36,152 nt of DNA from an uncultured Clostridia bacterium (GTDB lineage: Bacteria; Bacillota; Clostridia; Christensenellales; Borkfalkiaceae). The notes beneath the pieces were generated by a model, which saw only the letters and a program-made list of their open reading frames with translations, did no database searches and was not told the DNA's origin. Where the stretch lies: assembly GCA_944363255.1 (NCBI GenBank), contig CALVTZ010000001.1:1-36152 (forward strand), written 5' to 3'. The position numbers were made by a program, and so were the translations under genes. Positions 34,578 to 36,152 of the stretch are shown here, one piece after another; position 1 is the stretch's first letter; every line of letters starts with the position of its first letter.

Positions 34578-35135
34578 TCAAAGCAGTCTTTTTAAGATGG
34601 CGTCGAGCTGTGCTTGCGTTGCGCCCAGCCGCAGCAGCGCTTCCCGCGCGCCCCCTTCCCCGCGGCAGAGGGCGATGAGCAGCGTTCCCAGCCCCTCTGC
34701 GCCCCGTCCGTAAAAGAGCACGCATCCCCGCTCCCGCGCGAGCACGGGCAGGGCGTCCTCCGCGGGCACGCACGCCGTCACGCCGTACGCCGCAAGCGCG
34801 GCGCGTTCGGGCAGCACTTCCGCCGCCAAGCCCACCTGAAAGCGGGTGTAGCGCTTGTTGTCGTACCGCACGCCGCCCAGCTCGCAGCACGCGACGCCCG
34901 CCGCGACCAGCTTTCTCGCACCCGCAGGCGCGGCGACCTCCTTGAGCAGCGCCCGATCGTACGGGGGCGTATCCCCCTCGTACACGCGCTCGACGCGCCC
35001 GAGTTGCAGACAATTTCTGCTGCCCACGGGGGCGAGCAGCAGCGCCCCTTGTCCGGCGGGAAAGGGACAGCCGTACCAGTATGTACGGTCTACGATATTT
35101 TCATCCTCCACGAAGCGGAGGGCAACGCAGCGCAC
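34578..35135 (-). CDS. Hypothetical protein (185 aa), translationally coupled to the upstream nucleotidyltransferase
   Basis: A GTG start at 35135 lies 4 nt after the NTase stop, with a GGTGAGG SD inside the NTase 3' end. Composition is protein-like (MRCVALRFVEDENIVDRTYWYGCPFPAGQG...). I recognise no motif. Confidence 0.55.
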   Translation of the reverse strand: MRCVALRFVEDENIVDRTYWYGCPFPAGQGALLLAPVGSRNCLQLGRVERVYEGDTPPYDRALLKEVAAPAGARKLVAAGVACCELGGVRYDNKRYTRFQVGLAAEVLPERAALAAYGVTACVPAEDALPVLARERGCVLFYGRGAEGLGTLLIALCRGEGGAREALLRLGATQAQLDAILKRLL

Positions 35136-35139
35136 CGCC

Positions 35140-35997
35140 TCACCACTCGTTGGGGAAGGGCGGGCGTTCGCGCGTCCACCAATCCTCGTAAAACTTCACG
35201 TACTGCGAGCAGTTCTCGCTCACGTCAAAGGTGAGCGGCAGGCTCGTCTGCTGCAAGAACGCCCCCACGAACGCCTCGCACCGCTCCTCCGTGACCTCGC
35301 GCAGGAAGTCCGCACCCAACTGAAGAATGTTTTCGGGGCGATGGGCGCAGGCGCGCACCGTCTCCTCGAGGCGGCGGTTGCAGGGAAAGAGCGTCTCGTT
35401 CTCCAACAGGATGAGGCGGTACACGCTGTACACGATCTCCTGCGCGAGATGGGCGCGCATATACGCGTTTTCCGCAGGCACGCACTTGAGAAAGTACCCG
35501 CGGTTGAGGGCGAGATTGGCGTTGAAGCACCTGCGCTTCTCCTCCTTCTCCCCCACGGGATAGGCGGCGATCGCCTGCACGATGGCGGGGATGTCCTCGT
35601 CCGTGGTGTAGATGACCTGCGCCTTGACGAAGGCGTTGCGCGTGGGCTCGCTGCCCCCCGCTGCGGCGGCAAGCAGCTGTTCCTTGGTCTTGAACTTCAC
35701 GTCGAAGTACCCGCCCTCGTAGGTGCAGTGCCCCGTGACGACCTCTGCAAGCCGCCCCGCCGCGGCGAGGGCGCGGTGGCGCTCCTGCGAGACGACGATG
35801 ACCGCGTCCACGTCCGAATCGACGCGCGCGCCCCCTTTGACGATGGAGCCGTCCAGAACGATGGCGATGAGATCGGGCATGGTCGCAAGGTAGTATTCCC
35901 TGAGTTTTTCGATGGACTGCTGATGGTGCTTGTACCATGCCGTTGACCAGCTTTGCGGGGGCGTCTTCCCCTTTACACAGGCAGCCGAGCGAGGCAA
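35140..35997 (-). CDS. Pol-beta-superfamily nucleotidyltransferase (KNTase/ANT-like two-domain architecture); start uncertain
   Basis: LDGSIVKGGARVDSDVDAVIVVS is a GS-x10-DxD motif, with a third acidic residue in GGYFDVKF and a helical C-terminal domain. No in-frame ATG lies upstream of the helix HHQQSIEKLREYY; the only candidate is the TTG at 35997. Confidence 0.7.
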   Translation of the reverse strand: MPRSAACVKGKTPPQSWSTAWYKHHQQSIEKLREYYLATMPDLIAIVLDGSIVKGGARVDSDVDAVIVVSQERHRALAAAGRLAEVVTGHCTYEGGYFDVKFKTKEQLLAAAAGGSEPTRNAFVKAQVIYTTDEDIPAIVQAIAAYPVGEKEEKRRCFNANLALNRGYFLKCVPAENAYMRAHLAQEIVYSVYRLILLENETLFPCNRRLEETVRACAHRPENILQLGADFLREVTEERCEAFVGAFLQQTSLPLTFDVSENCSQYVKFYEDWWTRERPPFPNEW

Positions 35998-36152
35998 GCA
36001 GCAGCCCCGCGCGCACGGCGAGCGCGTTCTGGCGGGAGCTGCCGGCGATGATCGCCCCGCCGATGAGCTCCGCGTGCTTTTGGATGAACGACTGGGTCAG
36101 GAAAGAGCCGTAGGAAAAGCCGAACAGCACATACTTGACGCCGGGGTAACGG
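35941..36152 (-). pseudogene. Alpha/beta-hydrolase fragment: it enters from the right edge and loses protein-like sequence about 60 aa after the nucleophile elbow
   Basis: Own translation gives RYPGVKYVLFGFSYGSFLTQSFIQKHAELIGGAIIAGSSRQNALAVRAGLLLASLGCLCKGEDAPAKLVNGM, where GFSYG is the GxSxG motif. Downstream the same frame turns into Arg-rich shadow sequence over the NTase gene, so the Asp and His parts of the triad are missing. Confidence 0.5.

Noticed and set aside
35225-35940. Continuation of ORF 35225..36130 downstream of the alpha/beta-hydrolase fragment
   Set aside because: After ...KLVNGM the translation becomes an Arg/Gly/His-rich shadow of the NTase gene in another frame and is not hydrolase-like.
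7526-35946. Other long plus-strand ORFs: 7526..9382, 9165..10673, 12896..16813, 18142..19683, 19773..22115, 23724..25661, 27148..29634, 29697..31304, 33599..34678, 34855..35946
   Set aside because: Each lies exactly opposite a minus-strand gene with clear family motifs (ABC, SBP, SDR, Tex, PFL, GH31, GH42, asparaginase, NTase). All have the same junk composition typical of stop-poor antisense frames in GC-rich DNA.
1-36152. Mobile elements, prophage, tRNA or rRNA genes
   Set aside because: No transposase, integrase or phage-like ORFs, no terminal inverted repeats, and no tRNA-like T-arm or rRNA sequence were seen on either strand.

Overview
High-GC, Clostridia-like chromosomal segment with about 27 protein genes, almost all on the minus strand. 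The long plus-strand ORFs in the track are Arg/Gly/Val-rich antisense shadows. Read as minus-strand transcription units from right to left: (a) a truncated alpha/beta-hydrolase fragment, a nucleotidyltransferase, a 185-aa unknown protein and type I asparaginase; (b) GH42 beta-galactosidase and a GH31/PA14 glycosidase; (c) a pyruvate formate-lyase operon, pflA, thioredoxin-like gene, pflB core and a separately encoded glycyl-radical domain; (d) a zinc-ribbon membrane protein, hemolysin-III/TrhA, Tex, and an SDR epimerase with an EFR1-type ferredoxin; (e) a roughly 16.8-kb operon with an InlB-repeat lipoprotein, an oversized family-5 substrate-binding lipoprotein, Opp/Dpp-type permeases and ATPases carrying unusual insertions, a small tail-anchored ORF, and a giant S8 protease/LRR surface protein of more than 2521 aa that runs off the left edge and is missing from the ORF track. 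The only plus-strand units lie at 31.6-33.3 kb: a protein fusing a HEPN-like Rx4H domain to a CBS pair, followed by a 1.17-kb gene-free, lower-GC stretch. That stretch holds a consensus promoter, about 630 nt of purine-rich hairpin-rich sequence with no credible ORF, tandem terminators, and a field of related hairpins including a two-copy 50-nt repeat with a compensatory base-pair change. I consider this HEPN-CBS plus orphan large-RNA locus the best candidate for something undescribed. The split PFL and the protease-Opp operon come next. No tRNA, rRNA, CRISPR array, transposase or integrase was seen.
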